64,000 nucleotides of DNA from contig OZ242005.1 of NCBI GenBank assembly GCA_965204725.1, forward strand, positions 4,816,079 through 4,880,078. Direction: 5' to 3'. Below, in pieces: positions 61,818 to 64,000 of the stretch. The notes under the pieces are model-generated. The model was not told the DNA's origin. It saw nothing but the letters and a program-made list of their open reading frames with translations, and did not search any database. Source of the stretch: Candidatus Latescibacterota bacterium. GTDB lineage: Bacteria > Latescibacterota > UBA2968 > UBA8231. Each line of letters opens with the position of its first letter. Position 1 is the stretch's first letter. Both the position numbers and the translations under genes were made by a program.

Positions 61818-63956
61818 ATGCGCGGTTTGCTCGTTGCGATTGGATTGGTGGTGGCTCCATTTAAGGTCTTGGCTTTAACATGGGATTTTGACGCGGGCAC
61901 GACTTGGGGATGGGCAGCCCAAGAGAGCGCCTTCGGCTCAGACCATGGTACGACCACGGTGTACAGCGAAGTCGCAGATGGCGTCTGGCGCATTGCGCCG
62001 GTGCCGCACGGGAAAAGACCAGCCATTCGCTTGCTCTCGCCGCTGATTGGGGAAGACTCTGACCTGTTCGACTGGGTCACCCTACGGCTACGCATCATCC
62101 ACGATCTCCCCACCGAGGGGGTCCTTGAAATGTCGTGGTCCAATGTCGAGTACAGACGCCGCAAGAAGGAAGAACCCAGCGTAGGGTTGGGATTTTTTGT
62201 AAGCCGTCCTCAAGTTTATTCCACCGAATGGGAAGACATCACCATAGATATACGGGCTTTGGAAGCGGCTCCAGCAGGAGAGATCGATTGGGAGGTCACT
62301 TGGGAGGACACTCTCTTCCACTTCTTCTTAGACCTAGACTTATTGCATCTACACGACATACAAGAATCCAGCTTAAGCCCGGCGGCTCGTCCGACCTTTG
62401 TCGAAGTCGATTGGATTCAACTGACGGGTGCTGAAGAGTTGCTGCTGGGGGAGTTGCAGCCTCGGGCGAGCATCGTGGAGGCCGGGTTGCCTGGGACGTT
62501 GTTTGCGGAACCGCGTTTTTCGGTGTTGGGTCGAAATATCGGTAACCCAGGATCGCATGGTACTTTGGGCGATGTGGATGGCGATGGGGATGCCGATCTG
62601 GTCGTGAAATGGGAGGAAATAATGGCGAGCGATGGCTGGTCCATAGCGACCAGCGATGGCTTGGGGAGCTTGGTCCCTACCCAAGAGGTCCTCCTCCCAC
62701 AGGAGGCTTATTCGATTCCGATGATTACGGGAGGCGATTTCGACGGGGATGGGCTTCTCGATCTGGCCTTTAGTACCGGTCGAACTATCGAATTGTGGCT
62801 CAACCGGGGCGAGGATGGATTTGAAACCATCCTACAGCTATCCGATAGCTATTTCATCGGTCTAGCCGATGGCGACGGCGATGGCGATGTGGACCTGTTG
62901 GCGGTAGAAGACCGCGACGACCTATGGTCTAACTTGACTATGTGGATCAACGATGGCGCGGGCGGGTTTGCCCACAGCGATCGGTTCGTCCTCGACACCG
63001 AAGAAGAGCTCGGTCGTTTCCTGCTGGCAGGGCAACCGGAGGGCGAGGCCGTGCGTGTGCTGTGGATCCGACCCTGCTGGAAGCCGCAGGGGCCGTGGCG
63101 GCTGACCCAGCCATGGGCGGCAAACGAGGAGCCACCGCTGTTTTTTGAGCTTGGGGAGGTCAACCCCTGCGACATGGACCTGCTGGCCGATCTGGATGGG
63201 GATGGAGCGGTAGAGTTAGTCGGAACGCCCGAGCGGAACCTGTTCCCGGGCTTTTCTCGGGGCAACACCCATCACGGTTTAGCCCTGTGGCGCGTGAACC
63301 CTTCGGGCGGAGTGGAACGCCACACCCTGCTCGGTCCGCAGGTGATCGTGCCGTATTCGTGGCCTAAAAGTGGGGTCATTGCCAGCGACCTGACCGGCGA
63401 TGGCCTTTTGGACTTGGCCGTAATCAATACCAACTTAGCGATGAATCCGGCCCTGATTGTCTTGGTTGGCCAGCGCGATGGCCTGCCCGTCGTCGAAGGG
63501 CACTACCCCCTGCCCACCATCGGCCGCAGCCTGCTCGCAGGCGACGTCAACGGCGATGGGGCGACCGATCTGGTCGTGCTGGGGCGGAGTCAGCGCGGCG
63601 ACGGCGGAGCCTTCGTCTTCCTCAACCAAGGCGTTCCCGCCACTGCCATCGCCGCCGAGACGACGACCATGCCTACGACCTTTGCCCTCGGTGCCAACTA
63701 TCCCAACCCGTTCAACCCGGCCACGACCATTCCCGTGTCGGTGGCGGTGGGTGCGGGCGAGGTCGATTTAACCATCTATAACGTCTTGGGGCAGCCGGTG
63801 CGCCGCGTGTGGGCGGGTTCGTTGGCGGCGGGCGAACACCGGCTGGCTTGGGATGGCCGGGACACGCAGGGGCAACCCGTTGCCGCTGGAGTCTATTTGT
63901 ATCGGTTGCAGGTGGGCGACCAGACGCGCATTCGCAAGATGGTCAAAATTGAGTAG
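61818..63956 (+). CDS. FG-GAP/VCBS-repeat protein with T9SS-type (Por/FlgD-Ig-like) C-terminal sorting domain
   Basis: Repeated DxDGDGxxDL calcium-binding-type loops (GDVDGDGDADLVV, GDFDGDGLLDLAF, DGDGDGDVDLLAV, DLDGDGAVELVG, DLTGDGLLDLAV, GDVNGDGATDLVV). The C-terminus is LGANYPNPFNPATTIPV...GVYLYRLQVGDQTRIRKMVKIE. Confidence 0.8.
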   Translation: MRGLLVAIGLVVAPFKVLALTWDFDAGTTWGWAAQESAFGSDHGTTTVYSEVADGVWRIAPVPHGKRPAIRLLSPLIGEDSDLFDWVTLRLRIIHDLPTEGVLEMSWSNVEYRRRKKEEPSVGLGFFVSRPQVYSTEWEDITIDIRALEAAPAGEIDWEVTWEDTLFHFFLDLDLLHLHDIQESSLSPAARPTFVEVDWIQLTGAEELLLGELQPRASIVEAGLPGTLFAEPRFSVLGRNIGNPGSHGTLGDVDGDGDADLVVKWEEIMASDGWSIATSDGLGSLVPTQEVLLPQEAYSIPMITGGDFDGDGLLDLAFSTGRTIELWLNRGEDGFETILQLSDSYFIGLADGDGDGDVDLLAVEDRDDLWSNLTMWINDGAGGFAHSDRFVLDTEEELGRFLLAGQPEGEAVRVLWIRPCWKPQGPWRLTQPWAANEEPPLFFELGEVNPCDMDLLADLDGDGAVELVGTPERNLFPGFSRGNTHHGLALWRVNPSGGVERHTLLGPQVIVPYSWPKSGVIASDLTGDGLLDLAVINTNLAMNPALIVLVGQRDGLPVVEGHYPLPTIGRSLLAGDVNGDGATDLVVLGRSQRGDGGAFVFLNQGVPATAIAAETTTMPTTFALGANYPNPFNPATTIPVSVAVGAGEVDLTIYNVLGQPVRRVWAGSLAAGEHRLAWDGRDTQGQPVAAGVYLYRLQVGDQTRIRKMVKIE

Positions 63957-64000
63957 GGTGAAGGCTCTTGAGCCATGGACTCAATCGCGGCTACGGGCCA

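Overview
GC-rich bacterial chromosomal segment. Hand counts on single 60-nt lines give about 62-73% G+C. It is densely coding, and I saw no rRNA, tRNA or CRISPR array. Function calls rest on motifs read by eye; no database search was possible.

Left third (1-26 kb):
- A minus-strand operon: GH32-like enzyme, PhyH dioxygenase, SDR, a 639-aa membrane protein, and an epimerase-like gene.
- RraA-like, PhyH and fatty-acid desaturase genes.
- An arylsulfotransferase-like gene with a C14 homopolymer in its first codons.
- An accessory patch with two different AAA/PD-(D/E)XK-type ATPases.
- A frameshifted collagen-repeat lipoprotein gene.
- An RND efflux operon whose TolC-like gene carries a roughly 330-aa N-terminal extension.

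Centre (26.1-38.6 kb):
- Two identical 848-bp IS5-family (IS427-like) copies lie in inverted orientation.
- One copy clips the 3' end of an S8 subtilase gene.
- The other copy splits a clearly AT-richer, all-minus-strand island.
- The island encodes a 64-aa Gly/Ala-rich 3-Cys peptide, two TPR proteins, two ABC systems, a TlpA-like thioredoxin, a Yip1-like protein and a CPBP/Abi protease-like protein.
- I read this as an uncharacterised peptide-toxin (bacteriocin-like) production, export and immunity locus.

Right third (39-64 kb):
- Sugar-acid genes, including two UxuA-like paralogues, plus hemF and psd.
- A small defence islet between hemF and psd: a PIN-like-DUF433 fusion, a DUF5615 protein, a 59-aa ORF, and an MmeI-like single-chain restriction-modification enzyme.
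- Tandem paralogues of an unknown family.
- A soluble beta-propeller/Y_Y_Y sensor fused to a sigma-54 activator.
- Downstream of that activator sit five phased TTGTGCAA/TTGCACAA sites and a consensus -24/-12 promoter.
- That promoter faces a translationally coupled operon: A24 peptidase-like protein, FMN-binding protein, two CxxC thioredoxins, and a small Cys/aromatic-rich protein.
- An FG-GAP protein with a T9SS-type C-terminal domain follows.
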